A DNA stretch of 64,000 bases from positions 1 through 64,000 of the forward strand of contig JBEKBM010000003.1 of assembly GCA_050015395.1 (NCBI GenBank), written 5' to 3'. Below are positions 1-8,912 of this stretch, one piece after another; position 1 is the stretch's first letter, and every line of letters begins with the position of its first letter. Both the position numbers and the translations under genes were made by a program. The stretch is from Candidatus Bathyarchaeia archaeon (lineage in GTDB: Archaea; Thermoproteota; Bathyarchaeia; Bathyarchaeales; Bathycorpusculaceae). The notes below the pieces were generated by a model. The model searched no databases. It worked only from the letters and a program-made list of their open reading frames with translations, and was not told where the DNA came from.

Positions 1-1057
1 TCGCATTCAAGTACTCGCTTACATCAATGTGCTCGTCTAAGGTGTGGTCAAGGTGCGAGTCGCCTGGACCGTAAGTGACTATGGGCAGGTTCATGGCTTT
101 ACCGAGAATGTTCATGTCGCCGGTTCCGGTTTTGCGCAGAAGCGTTGCTGGCTTGTTCAGCACTTTCCTAACCGAAGACGATAATACATGTACCAGCGGT
201 GAAGTCTTGTTCACTTCAAAAGGCTCGACAGTGTCTAAAACGGTTGCTTTCGCAGTAACCTTCGGATTAGCAGCCTGATACTTCGCAATTAACTTCTCTA
301 TCTCCTCAAAAACCTGAGCCGTGGAAAATTGGATTGGCACTCGAACGTCAATGTTCAATTCAGCTTCAAACGGAATCACGGAGGTTGCTCTGCCACCCGT
401 AACTTTAACCAAGCAGACTGTAACAGCATAAAAAGGGCTCTCTGCAGGCTCCAGCGCCGGATAAGGATACGCGTTTTTGATTTGTCCCCAAAGCTCATAC
501 GCTTTCTCCAACGCGTTCTCGTAAAGCCAAGGCATAGAGGAGTGCCCAGTCTGAGTCCTGCAAACAATCTTAAGCTGGATTTGACCTTTGTAACCGATGG
601 TTACGTTCTCAACACCGCTGGGCTCACCAAAAATCGCGTAGTCAGCCTTAATTCCCTGAGTTATCAAGTGCTTGACGCCTCGGCTGGTGGCTTCTTCCTC
701 GACAACGCTTGCAACTAAAATTTTACCCTTAAACCCCGGCTCCTTACCAGCAGCAGCCGCAGCCACAACCATCGCAGCAAGCGGACCTTTAGCGTCCACA
801 GCGCCACGAGCATAGAGTTTGCCTTCTTCAATCCGAAGCGGCAAATGCCCAGCCACCGTATCCATGTGCCCGCATAATAAGATGACTGGTTCGCCTTCAC
901 CGACAACGCCTATTACGTTTCCGATGTCATCTTTTCCAACATCAAAACCCATCTTCTTCATTTCATAAGCTAAGAAGTTGGCTATATCCTCTTCTTTTCC
1001 TGAAGGACTGTAAATGCCAAGAAGATTAGTTAGGAACCGTACTGCTTGCTCGCTCAT
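1..1057 (-). CDS. lysK: [LysW]-lysine/ornithine hydrolase (M20 family), runs off the window edge
   Basis: Manual translation from ATG at 1057: MSEQAVRFLTNLLGIYSPSGKEE..LLCGHMDTV..LYARGAVDAKGPL..VEEE..TYGPGDSHLDHTLDEHI. M20 metal-binding motifs are present and it lies downstream of lysJ. Not in the ORF track because it is truncated. Confidence 0.9.
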   Translation of the reverse strand, partial: MSEQAVRFLTNLLGIYSPSGKEEDIANFLAYEMKKMGFDVGKDDIGNVIGVVGEGEPVILLCGHMDTVAGHLPLRIEEGKLYARGAVDAKGPLAAMVVAAAAAGKEPGFKGKILVASVVEEEATSRGVKHLITQGIKADYAIFGEPSGVENVTIGYKGQIQLKIVCRTQTGHSSMPWLYENALEKAYELWGQIKNAYPYPALEPAESPFYAVTVCLVKVTGGRATSVIPFEAELNIDVRVPIQFSTAQVFEEIEKLIAKYQAANPKVTAKATVLDTVEPFEVNKTSPLVHVLSSSVRKVLNKPATLLRKTGTGDMNILGKAMNLPIVTYGPGDSHLDHTLDEHIDVSEYLNA

Positions 1058-2237
1058 TTTCTTCTTCCCCTAAAACCTCGTCTAAAACAGCAACTGCCCG
1101 ATTAATCTGTTCTTTCTCAATCACAAGCGGTGGCAATAAACGAACTACGGTTCTTCCAGCATCCAGCACCAGAACACCTCTCGCTACTGCCTTAAGAATT
1201 ACGTTAAGAACGTCATACCGCAATTCCACACCAAGCATCAAGCCTAAACCGCGAACTTCCTTGACGATTTTATGCTTAGCCTGCAAACCTTCCAACTGAA
1301 CCTTGAAATACTTGCCCATTTCCGCCGCGCGCTCAGCAAGTTTTTCTTCCACAAGCGCATCTATGGCAGCGCATCCAGCAGCACAAACCAGCGGGCTTCC
1401 ACTGAAAGTAGTCGAGTGCTCACCAACTTTAAGCGCTGACATAATGTTTTCCTTGGCTACGGTTATGCCGATTGGTAAGCCGCCTGCAAACGGCTTCGCC
1501 AAACACATAACATCAGGCGTAACACCCCAGTTCTGGCACCCGAACAGTTTGCCCGTCCGTCCGAAACTGGTTTGCACCTCATCAAAGATTAAGAGAACGT
1601 TCTTTTCGTCGCAGATTTCACGTACCGCCTGCAAGTAACCGTCTGGTGGAACACGAACACCGCCTTCACCGCGGATTGGCTCCATCAAGACTGCGGCTGT
1701 TTTCTCGGTTATGGCTTCACGGATTTTATCGGCATTGTCAGGCGCTACATGCTTGAACTCTGGAACCAGCGGCATGAAAGGCTCGCGGTATTTCTTGTCC
1801 CATGTGGCGGATAGTGCGCCCATGGTTTTGCCGTGAAAAGCGCCCATTAAAGCGATTATTTCTGGTTTGCCTTTGAATTTGCGGGCGAGTTTTATGGCGC
1901 ATTCGACGGATTCGGCGCCGCTGTTTGAAAGAAACGCTTTGTCCAAGCCTTTCGGCGTTATCTGCACAAGCTTCTCTACGAATTCAGCGCGTTTGTCATT
2001 GTAGAAGCCGCTGTGACAAGAAATCAACTTTTCAGCTTGAGCGCAAACTGCCTGCACAACTTTTGGGTGACAATGCCCCAGCAACGCTACACCATAGCTG
2101 CTTGTGCAATCAACGTATTCTTTGCCATTTATATCCCAAACAAGCGCGCCTTTACCTCTTGTAAGCACGACTGATTTTTTGGAGAAAACATTCGCCATGA
2201 ACCGATTTTCAATATCCATTATGTCTTTGTCATTCAC
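1026..2237 (-). CDS. lysJ: [LysW]-aminoadipate semialdehyde / acetylornithine aminotransferase (class III PLP)
   Basis: SNSGAESVE, FHGKT and FDEVQTSFGRTG..AK motifs; within the lysW operon. Confidence 0.92.
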   Translation of the reverse strand: MNDKDIMDIENRFMANVFSKKSVVLTRGKGALVWDINGKEYVDCTSSYGVALLGHCHPKVVQAVCAQAEKLISCHSGFYNDKRAEFVEKLVQITPKGLDKAFLSNSGAESVECAIKLARKFKGKPEIIALMGAFHGKTMGALSATWDKKYREPFMPLVPEFKHVAPDNADKIREAITEKTAAVLMEPIRGEGGVRVPPDGYLQAVREICDEKNVLLIFDEVQTSFGRTGKLFGCQNWGVTPDVMCLAKPFAGGLPIGITVAKENIMSALKVGEHSTTFSGSPLVCAAGCAAIDALVEEKLAERAAEMGKYFKVQLEGLQAKHKIVKEVRGLGLMLGVELRYDVLNVILKAVARGVLVLDAGRTVVRLLPPLVIEKEQINRAVAVLDEVLGEEENERASSTVPN

Positions 2238-3039
2238 CTGTTATCACTGTACCAACCTTATGATTCAAAGCGGAACTAATAGGCTGATTTCCCGTGCCTG
2301 AAGTAACTAAAACTTCCTTGACACCTTGATTTAACGCTTCCAGCGCCGCGTGCACTTTGGTGCTCATGCCTTGCCCAATGCTTGACATGACCTCTTTAAC
2401 TTCTGTTGCACTAATTTTCGGAACGCACTCGCCCTTAAGCATTAAGCCTTGCACGTCAGTAAGTAGGATTAGGCGGTCTGCTTTGAGGGCACCTGCGATT
2501 ATGGCTGCTGCTCTGTCGCCGTCCACGTTGAGTGACTCAAAATCTTGGCTCACCGCAATAGGCGTCACAATCGGCACATAACCTTTTTCAAGCAGAAGAT
2601 TCAGCAGACCAGCGTTGACTTGAGTTATTTTTCCAGTGTAACCGCCATCGATTACTTTTTTTCTGCCGCGTTCGTCAACGGCGATGAGCTTGGTTTTTCG
2701 TTCAGCCTTCAAGGTTGCCGCATCCAAGCCGGTTATGCCTACAGCTGGGATGCCTTGGCTTTGCAGCGCTAAAACTATTTGCTTGTTGATTTTGCCTGCC
2801 ATAACCATTGTGTAAATCTCAATGGTTTCTTTGTCGGTGTAGCGGCTTCGGAAGCCTTCGGGTGAAATTATGAATTTTTGTTCTTTGCCGAGTTTTGAGG
2901 CGATTTCGGTGACTTCTACGCCTCCGCCGTGCACAATGATGACCTTGTTGTCTTTGGCTACGTCTTTGAGGTCGGCGACTAAATCGGTGGATGCGCCTTC
3001 TTTGAGTATGCTTCCGCCCATCTTAATTACAAGCAGCAT
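2230..3039 (-). CDS. lysZ: [LysW]-aminoadipate/glutamate kinase
   Basis: VIKMGGS, VHGGG, NVDGDRAA, GMSTKV; amino-acid kinase family. Confidence 0.92.
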   Translation of the reverse strand: MLLVIKMGGSILKEGASTDLVADLKDVAKDNKVIIVHGGGVEVTEIASKLGKEQKFIISPEGFRSRYTDKETIEIYTMVMAGKINKQIVLALQSQGIPAVGITGLDAATLKAERKTKLIAVDERGRKKVIDGGYTGKITQVNAGLLNLLLEKGYVPIVTPIAVSQDFESLNVDGDRAAAIIAGALKADRLILLTDVQGLMLKGECVPKISATEVKEVMSSIGQGMSTKVHAALEALNQGVKEVLVTSGTGNQPISSALNHKVGTVITGE

Positions 3040-3045
3040 AAGCTA

Positions 3046-4101
3046 TCACATCGGATGGAAACCAGTGCTCTTTAGCCCAGTTGTCTCGTCTATGCCCATA
3101 AGTATGTTCATGCATTGCACACCTTGTCCTGAAGCGCCCTTGGTCATGTTGTCTAAGGCTGAGAAAAGCAAAAGCCGATTCGCGTGCTCATCGATTTCGA
3201 AGCCGACGTCACAGTAATTTGTGCCCATGGTCACTTTCGGGTCAGGCAACTGGTATGGTCCTTTCTGGTATTTCACTAAACGTATGAATGGTTCGCCCTC
3301 ATACAGTCCTCGAAGGGCTTTCCAGACATCCTTGCTGGTTATCGGTTGTTTGGGGAAAGTGTGAATAGTGGCAAGGATTCCGCGAACCATGTTTACAGCA
3401 TGCGGAGTGAACGAGATTTTTACCAGCTCATTCGTCAATGCGTTAAGTTCCTGCTCAACCTCAGCGATGTGGCGGTGCCCAACGACCTTGTAGGGTCGCA
3501 CTCCGCTAAACCGCTCAGGATGATGCGATGAGATAGAGGGCTTGCTGCCGCCGCCGGAAGAACCAACCTTCAAGTCCACTACGATTTTGTCTTTGTCAAC
3601 AAGCCCAGCTTTCACTACAGGCGCTAAGCCCAGAATGGCGGATGTTGCCATGCAACCTGGACAAGCGATTAAGCGAGCATTTTTTATTTCTTCGCGATGA
3701 AGTTCAGGCAAGCCGTATGCGGCTTCTTTGAGCATTTCTGGGTGGGCATGTTTCCAACCATAGTATGTTTCGTAGTCGGCTGGGTTTTTGAGGCGGAAAT
3801 CAGCGCTCATGTCGATTACTTTTAAGCCTGCCTCTAAGAGTTTGGGAACTAAATTGACTGAGCCGCCGTGTGGTGTTGCTGTGAAGATTAAGTCGCAGTT
3901 TTTCTGCAACTCAGTCATATCTTGGGGCACAAATTTTAATTGTGTCAAACCTCGCAGGTTTGGGTGTACGTTGAAGATGTATTCGCCTACGCTTTGGCGT
4001 GAAGTAACCATGGTTACCTCTGCTTGCGGGTGAAGAAGTAAGAGTCGCAGGAGTTCGCTGCCGACGTATCCTGAACCGCCAATTATTCCAATTCTCAACA
4101 T
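3046..4101 (-). CDS. lysY: [LysW]-aminoadipyl/glutamyl-phosphate reductase (ArgC family)
   Basis: GGSGYVG, ACPGCMATS, GSSGGG, DNMTKGASGQ. Confidence 0.93.
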   Translation of the reverse strand: MLRIGIIGGSGYVGSELLRLLLLHPQAEVTMVTSRQSVGEYIFNVHPNLRGLTQLKFVPQDMTELQKNCDLIFTATPHGGSVNLVPKLLEAGLKVIDMSADFRLKNPADYETYYGWKHAHPEMLKEAAYGLPELHREEIKNARLIACPGCMATSAILGLAPVVKAGLVDKDKIVVDLKVGSSGGGSKPSISSHHPERFSGVRPYKVVGHRHIAEVEQELNALTNELVKISFTPHAVNMVRGILATIHTFPKQPITSKDVWKALRGLYEGEPFIRLVKYQKGPYQLPDPKVTMGTNYCDVGFEIDEHANRLLLFSALDNMTKGASGQGVQCMNILMGIDETTGLKSTGFHPM

Positions 4102-4121
4102 TTCCGTTTTTCCTCGTTACT

Positions 4122-5306
4122 TTAATGGTCGATTAGGCTTTGGGCGCCTTTTAAGAGTGGAACCGCCACATTGAGGCCTGTTGCGAGCCGAGTGTTCTCC
4201 CAGAATTCTGGGCAAGAATTTGACTCATGAAAGACTAAGGAACTCTTATTTTTTTCTACGCTTTCTTCAATTATCTTTTTAATATTTTCGTAATGCTTAC
4301 TGTTCACATAGCCTTGGAACGCTTTTTCAAGTTTGCTGTTCCATGCTGGGAAATCAGTTAGGCGTGTTTCATCCTGTTTAACTTTTTGAACAGGCAAAAA
4401 CGCTTGAGCTGCCTTATCAAGTTCAGCTTTAAGGTAAGCGTCGTCTACTGTCTTGTTTTCTTTAACGTTTACCATGGCATCTAAAGCTAAAATCCATGCT
4501 TCGCTGCCTTTGCCAAGGGTTCTGCCACATTTCACCGCTAACTCCTGAACGCTTGAGGGTAATTTGGCGCCGAAAACCAAGTTGCCCAAGAAAGTGTTTG
4601 TTCTGAAATCCTTAAAGCCGGCTCTTGCCATTGCAGTGCGATAGCAAACGGGTTGTTTACCTTTCTCTTTGGAAACGATTATTCTTAAATCGTAAAACCA
4701 CTTTTCGACTAATTCCTGCGCGACTATGCCGACAGGGTTAATTATTGAGGGTTTTGTTTCTCGGATGTTTGCGATTAGCTCTTCATGGTTTTTTGCAAGC
4801 ATAATCATTTTGCCATGTGTCCCAGCGTCAGCTTTAATCACTATGCCTTCCGAAAGGGGGATTTCTTGTTGAAATAGTTCTGCTATGTCTTTTTCGTTAT
4901 GGATTTCTTTACCATTTTTCATGATGTCTGCTGAGTCGCATGGGACGTAAACTGTTTTGGGAATCGGTATGCCTTCTTTCCAAAGGTGCAGTAATGTACG
5001 TAGTTTGCTGTAGCAGACAAATTCGATTTGAGAAGAATTTAATGTTTTTTTGCCAAGCATTTCCATGATGTATGAGGCTTGAAGGCGACGGTTTTTGCTT
5101 TGCGCACGATTAAGCACGGCGGCGATATTTTTGATTATGCTTGTGTAGTCTTTGCCTTTGGTTTTAGCGCTGAAACCATCTTTGGAAATTGATAAGGCGA
5201 TTTTTCGGAATGGCAGAAAAGTTAAGTCTATTCCCATTTGTTGTGCGGTTAGTTTTATGCCGTTTTCGTCGTTTTCTGACCGTTCATACAAAAGTGCTAT
5301 GCTCAT
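4122..5306 (-). CDS. lysX: Divergent LysX/ArgX-type ATP-grasp ligase (LysW aminoadipate/glutamate ligase)
   Basis: Lies between lysW and lysY; ATP-grasp motifs IPIPKT, IVIKADAGTHG, QELVE..DLRII, FRTNTFLG, HESNSCPEF; longer than typical LysX. Confidence 0.75.
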   Translation of the reverse strand: MSIALLYERSENDENGIKLTAQQMGIDLTFLPFRKIALSISKDGFSAKTKGKDYTSIIKNIAAVLNRAQSKNRRLQASYIMEMLGKKTLNSSQIEFVCYSKLRTLLHLWKEGIPIPKTVYVPCDSADIMKNGKEIHNEKDIAELFQQEIPLSEGIVIKADAGTHGKMIMLAKNHEELIANIRETKPSIINPVGIVAQELVEKWFYDLRIIVSKEKGKQPVCYRTAMARAGFKDFRTNTFLGNLVFGAKLPSSVQELAVKCGRTLGKGSEAWILALDAMVNVKENKTVDDAYLKAELDKAAQAFLPVQKVKQDETRLTDFPAWNSKLEKAFQGYVNSKHYENIKKIIEESVEKNKSSLVFHESNSCPEFWENTRLATGLNVAVPLLKGAQSLIDH

Positions 5307-5377
5307 CGCTTATCTGCTTCCATGAAAAAAATTTTCTAAAAAACTGATTTAAATAAAGGCTTTTTAGTAAATACTGT

Positions 5378-5596
5378 TTATTCGCCCCAGTCTTCTCCTT
5401 CAATCGTTAATTCTTGAAGGTCTACGCATCCGCCTTTTACTTGTTTAACTTCTAGTTCCAGTCCGCAGCCCGGGCAACTTAGGATTTCTCCTTTTTCTGT
5501 GTCTGCTGGAACATCAAGCTCTGCGTCGCAGTCAGGGCATCTTGCCTTGTTTATAGCCTTCACCTCTTGAGGGTTTGAGTTTGCTTGTTTAATCAT
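5378..5596 (-). CDS. lysW: Amino-group carrier protein LysW
   Basis: CPDC...CPGC zinc ribbon and C-terminal EDWGE; start codon uncertain. Confidence 0.95.
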   Translation of the reverse strand: MIKQANSNPQEVKAINKARCPDCDAELDVPADTEKGEILSCPGCGLELEVKQVKGGCVDLQELTIEGEDWGE

Positions 5597-5653
5597 TTTT
5601 GTTCGTCACTTTATTATCTTTGGAAATGTCTTTTTCAATAATTCCGACTTTAA

Positions 5654-5682
5654 TTTAAACGTTGTGACTTATTTGTTACAAC
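5654..5682 (-). promoter_or_regulatory. Putative lysW promoter: TATA-like TTTAAA with an adjacent imperfect palindrome
   Basis: GTTGTGAC-TTATTT-GTTACAAC (5661-5682) lies immediately upstream (minus strand) of TTTAAA, between lysW and the divergent Lrp gene. Confidence 0.45.
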
Positions 5683-5856
5683 TTGGACTTTTAATGTTCC
5701 ATTTGGTGCAGACACCAAAGCATGTAAAAAACAGCTGGCGGTAGTGGAAAACGCACAATAAAAACATTAAGCACAACGAAATTCGCATCACACTTTAAAT
5801 GTTAAAAAGGGAAATCGTTAAATTTTTCCCACAGCAATAATCATTCGGCGAAAAAA

Positions 5857-6267
5857 ATGGACGAGAAAGGCAAGCAAATAATCGAAATCCTAAAAGATGA
5901 CGGAAGAGCAGGCTACGGTGAAATAGGCGCTAAAATCGGATTATCTGAAGGTGCTGTGCGGAAAAGAATCAAAACATTAAGCGATGAAGGAGTTATACGA
6001 AAATTCACGGTTAAAATCGGCGTTGCAGAAGGCGCCCAAGCCATAACTTTGCTTACAGCCAACCCTGCCTTTCCAACTCAGGAAGTCTCAAAGAAAATCC
6101 AAGCAATCCCAAATGTTGAAACAACCTATGAAGTCAGCGGCGAATATGACATCGTAGCAGTCATCAGCGGAATGAACATGACAGAAGTTAACGAGTGCAT
6201 AGAGAAAATCCGCATGGTTGAAGGCATAGTGAAAACCAACACCATGATAGTTCTACGCAGTTCGTAA
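5857..6267 (+). CDS. lysM: Lrp/AsnC family regulator (LysM-like)
   Basis: HTH GLSEGAVRKRIKTL plus RAM domain YEVSGEYDI; divergent from lysW. Confidence 0.8.
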   Translation: MDEKGKQIIEILKDDGRAGYGEIGAKIGLSEGAVRKRIKTLSDEGVIRKFTVKIGVAEGAQAITLLTANPAFPTQEVSKKIQAIPNVETTYEVSGEYDIVAVISGMNMTEVNECIEKIRMVEGIVKTNTMIVLRSS

Positions 6268-6281
6268 AAAAAAATCGACCT

Positions 6282-6680
6282 TTATTGCTTTTCAGCCAAA
6301 ATTAGTTTTTTAACCCTGTGCTCAATTTCATCTCTGATTTCTCGTACCTTATCCATCGATTTGCCTTTAGGGTCTTCAAGCGCCCAATCAACAGTATCCT
6401 TAAAGAAGGGACCAGGACAAAGGTCAGCGGCACCGCAGCCCATGGTGACAATCAAGTCGGCTTTGTTTGCCATTTCCTGAGTGAGCAGTTTGGGCTTGTT
6501 CATGGATATGTCGATGCCCTTTTCTTTCATGGCTTCAACCACAACTGGGTTCACTTTGGGGGCTAGTTTTATCCCTGCGCTCTGTGCAGTCAGTTTTCCT
6601 GCGCCGTATTTGTTGGCGAAAGCTTCTGCCATTTGGCTTCTGCCAGCGTTTTCGACGCAAACAAACAAGGCTTTTTTCAT
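6282..6680 (-). CDS. arsC: Arsenate reductase (thioredoxin-coupled, LMW-PTP fold)
   Basis: FVCVENAGRSQMAEAF, TMGC, DWALEDP. Confidence 0.9.
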   Translation of the reverse strand: MKKALFVCVENAGRSQMAEAFANKYGAGKLTAQSAGIKLAPKVNPVVVEAMKEKGIDISMNKPKLLTQEMANKADLIVTMGCGAADLCPGPFFKDTVDWALEDPKGKSMDKVREIRDEIEHRVKKLILAEKQ

Positions 6681-6683
6681 TTT

Positions 6684-6773
6684 TCAATCCCCTTTGAAAT
6701 ACCTTTTTCTCAGCCAGAGAGCAACGTTAACTAAACTTATCATAATTGGGACTTCTATTAAAGGACCTATCAC
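6684..6773 (-). pseudogene. acr3: C-terminal relic of the Acr3 arsenite exporter
   Basis: Translates to [29 protein letters not shown], the characteristic Acr3 C-terminus, directly upstream of arsC; the rest of the gene is absent. Confidence 0.8.
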
Positions 6774-6788
6774 TTCCTTGAACCCCTC

Positions 6789-6920
6789 AACTCAAACGTC
6801 AGTTTGAGTTCGACTGGCTCAATTGTCTGGACAAAAGTTACAGATTTTGTTTGGACAAAAAAATTTACTCCAAGCCGAGCCCAATAGTCGCAACTATTGC
6901 TATTTGATTAGTCGCAACTA
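6789..6920. repeat. 9-bp inverted repeat plus two pairs of quasi-palindromic direct repeats
   Basis: AACTCAAAC-gtca-GTTTGAGTT (6789-6810); TTGT(C/T)TGGACAAAA at 6823 and 6847; TAGTCGCAACTA at 6885 and 6909. Confidence 0.75.
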
Positions 6921-6967
6921 AAAAATCTGTATTGGAGACAGTGTCTTTTTGCTGGTTAAATGTTGTC

Positions 6968-7678
6968 TTATCTTTTTTTCTCAATTTTTTCAACAGCACT
7001 GCTTGTCCCAAGATAAGCAATATCAGTCAACCCGACAAAAAAACCTGTTTCCACAACGCCAGGAATCATCTTCAGCTTTGCATCTAACTCTCCAGGTTTA
7101 GCTATCTCACCAAAATTTGCGTCTAAAATGGCGTTTCCATTATCAGTTATTACTGGACCAAGCTTGCCTTTGCCTTCACGCAAAACAGGCTTTCCACCAG
7201 CAGCAATGATTTTTCGTTTCACAAGCGAAATAGCAAAAGGCAAAACTTCTATGGGCACTGACTGATTGTTTTCACCTAACACCTTCACCTTTTTCTGCTC
7301 GTCGGCAATGATAATGTTAAGTTTAGAGGCTGCAGCAACAATTTTTTCTCTCGCCAGCGCTGCACCCATACCTTTGATCAGATTTAATTCAGGGGTTATT
7401 TGATCCGCCCCATCAATCGTCACATTTATTTCTGGATGCTCATCCAACGTTGTTATCGGAATTCCACAATCAACAGCTAACAAGAAAGCTTGATAAGAAG
7501 TGGGAACACCCATGACGTGCAGTTTTTCGCGTTTCATTTTTTCGCCTAGTGCTTCTATGGCAAACGCAGCTGTGCTTCCGCTTCCTAAACCCACAATAAA
7601 GCCGTCCTTAACATGTTTAACCGCTTCTAAGGCTGCTTTTCGTTTTGCCTCTTGAATTGGCTCAAGGTTAGCTTTCAA
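6968..7678 (-). CDS. rpiA: Ribose-5-phosphate isomerase A
   Basis: GLGSGST, IDGADQI, IKGMGAALAREKI, TDNGNAILD. Confidence 0.95.
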   Translation of the reverse strand: MKANLEPIQEAKRKAALEAVKHVKDGFIVGLGSGSTAAFAIEALGEKMKREKLHVMGVPTSYQAFLLAVDCGIPITTLDEHPEINVTIDGADQITPELNLIKGMGAALAREKIVAAASKLNIIIADEQKKVKVLGENNQSVPIEVLPFAISLVKRKIIAAGGKPVLREGKGKLGPVITDNGNAILDANFGEIAKPGELDAKLKMIPGVVETGFFVGLTDIAYLGTSSAVEKIEKKR

Positions 7679-8396
7679 TTTCCATTTGCCCCAGTTTATC
7701 TAAAACTTTCTCAACTTCACTTCTAATGGATTCTATTCTTTTTTCAGCTTCAGTTTTAGCGTCAGGTTTTTCTTCTGGCGGTTTCCGCTTCTTTTTCTGC
7801 TTTTCTTCGCCTGCTTCCTCTTCTTCCTCATCCTCCATTTTTTCCATCTGCGGCGCGGACATTTGTGTGGGCAATTTTACAGGTATCTCTGTTATCGGTT
7901 TAACATCAATTTTTGTTCTAAGCTCTTCAACCTTTGATGTTAATTCACCGAAGCGTTCACTGAACAGCTTCATTAGATCTTCCTGCATGCCTTCAAGATC
8001 GTGCAATGCAACTATTGTTTCATCTTTTGAGATGGATTCTTTAATAGACATCATTCTTGCCTTGTATGTTCCAGCAAGTTTTTCCCGTTCTTGTTCTGAA
8101 ATTTTCCCTTCCGCTTGTGCCTCATATAAGTGCCGTAGTGCATCGCTTAAAATCTCTCTTTCTAAATCAAGCATCCGCAGCTCATCTTTTGCGTTAGAAG
8201 CGGTTGTTGTTTGGACGCTTTTGGAGATTCTGAAGGGTGAACCAGCAAATTCAAGGCTTAGATTATCTGTTTTTTGAGGTTTTTTCCGCGAGGGTTTTTC
8301 CCCCAGTTTTCTCATGGCATAAATAACTATCCCGCAGGCGATGATTATCACTACCGCTACTGCAGTGACTGTTAATGGGTCATCGTACCAAGCCAT
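7668..8396 (-). CDS. Membrane-anchored coiled-coil hypothetical protein
   Basis: N-terminal TM helix, charged coiled coil and acidic run; overlaps the rpiA start. Confidence 0.75.
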   Translation of the reverse strand: MAWYDDPLTVTAVAVVIIIACGIVIYAMRKLGEKPSRKKPQKTDNLSLEFAGSPFRISKSVQTTTASNAKDELRMLDLEREILSDALRHLYEAQAEGKISEQEREKLAGTYKARMMSIKESISKDETIVALHDLEGMQEDLMKLFSERFGELTSKVEELRTKIDVKPITEIPVKLPTQMSAPQMEKMEDEEEEEAGEEKQKKKRKPPEEKPDAKTEAEKRIESIRSEVEKVLDKLGQMEIES

Positions 8397-8912
8397 GCCA
8401 AGCTGTCCTCGATATCTTGATTGCGCACCATGTATATATAAATTAATACAAGCGTTCCATACAGTTTTCCAACTTTAAATATTGAATACGTTCCGAATAT
8501 GCTGTTTTTGCTTTTTACTTGCGCTTTTTCAAGTGCCCCAATAATTGAGAACGATGTTGCAACGCTGATTAGTCCGCCAACAATCATCCAGCGACCTCAA
8601 ACAGTCACGCTAACGTAGGCGAAAACTGAGGCGCAAAAAAAAGCTGATTAAGGCAAGGTTAATTGTGAAGTGTGTTCTCTTTGTTTGTGATTCAACCATG
8701 CAGTAACACTACTTTACAATTCAGCAACACTGCACACAATAAAACCTTCTAACAACATTCAATTTAACGCCATTGCCGATATAGTTAACCAAAAGAGTAT
8801 CATTAAACGGACGCTTAATGGAGCGCATCTGCCCCCAAACAGGATAATTTATCTTTAGCAAGTTACCATTTTCTCTTTAGGCAGAACACTGCATTTGCGA
8901 GTTTAGAGCAAA

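Noticed and set aside
5597-5660. Lys/Arg-rich leader peptide for the lysW operon
   Set aside because: Only a 6-codon GTG ORF (VTNKND) is present, with no cognate-codon run; the divergent Lrp gene explains regulation.
8372-8699. Possible small membrane-protein gene with an in-frame TGA (recoding?)
   Set aside because: Joining the parts needs both a frameshift in an A8 run and a stop readthrough; at best a decayed ORF, with no evidence for recoding.
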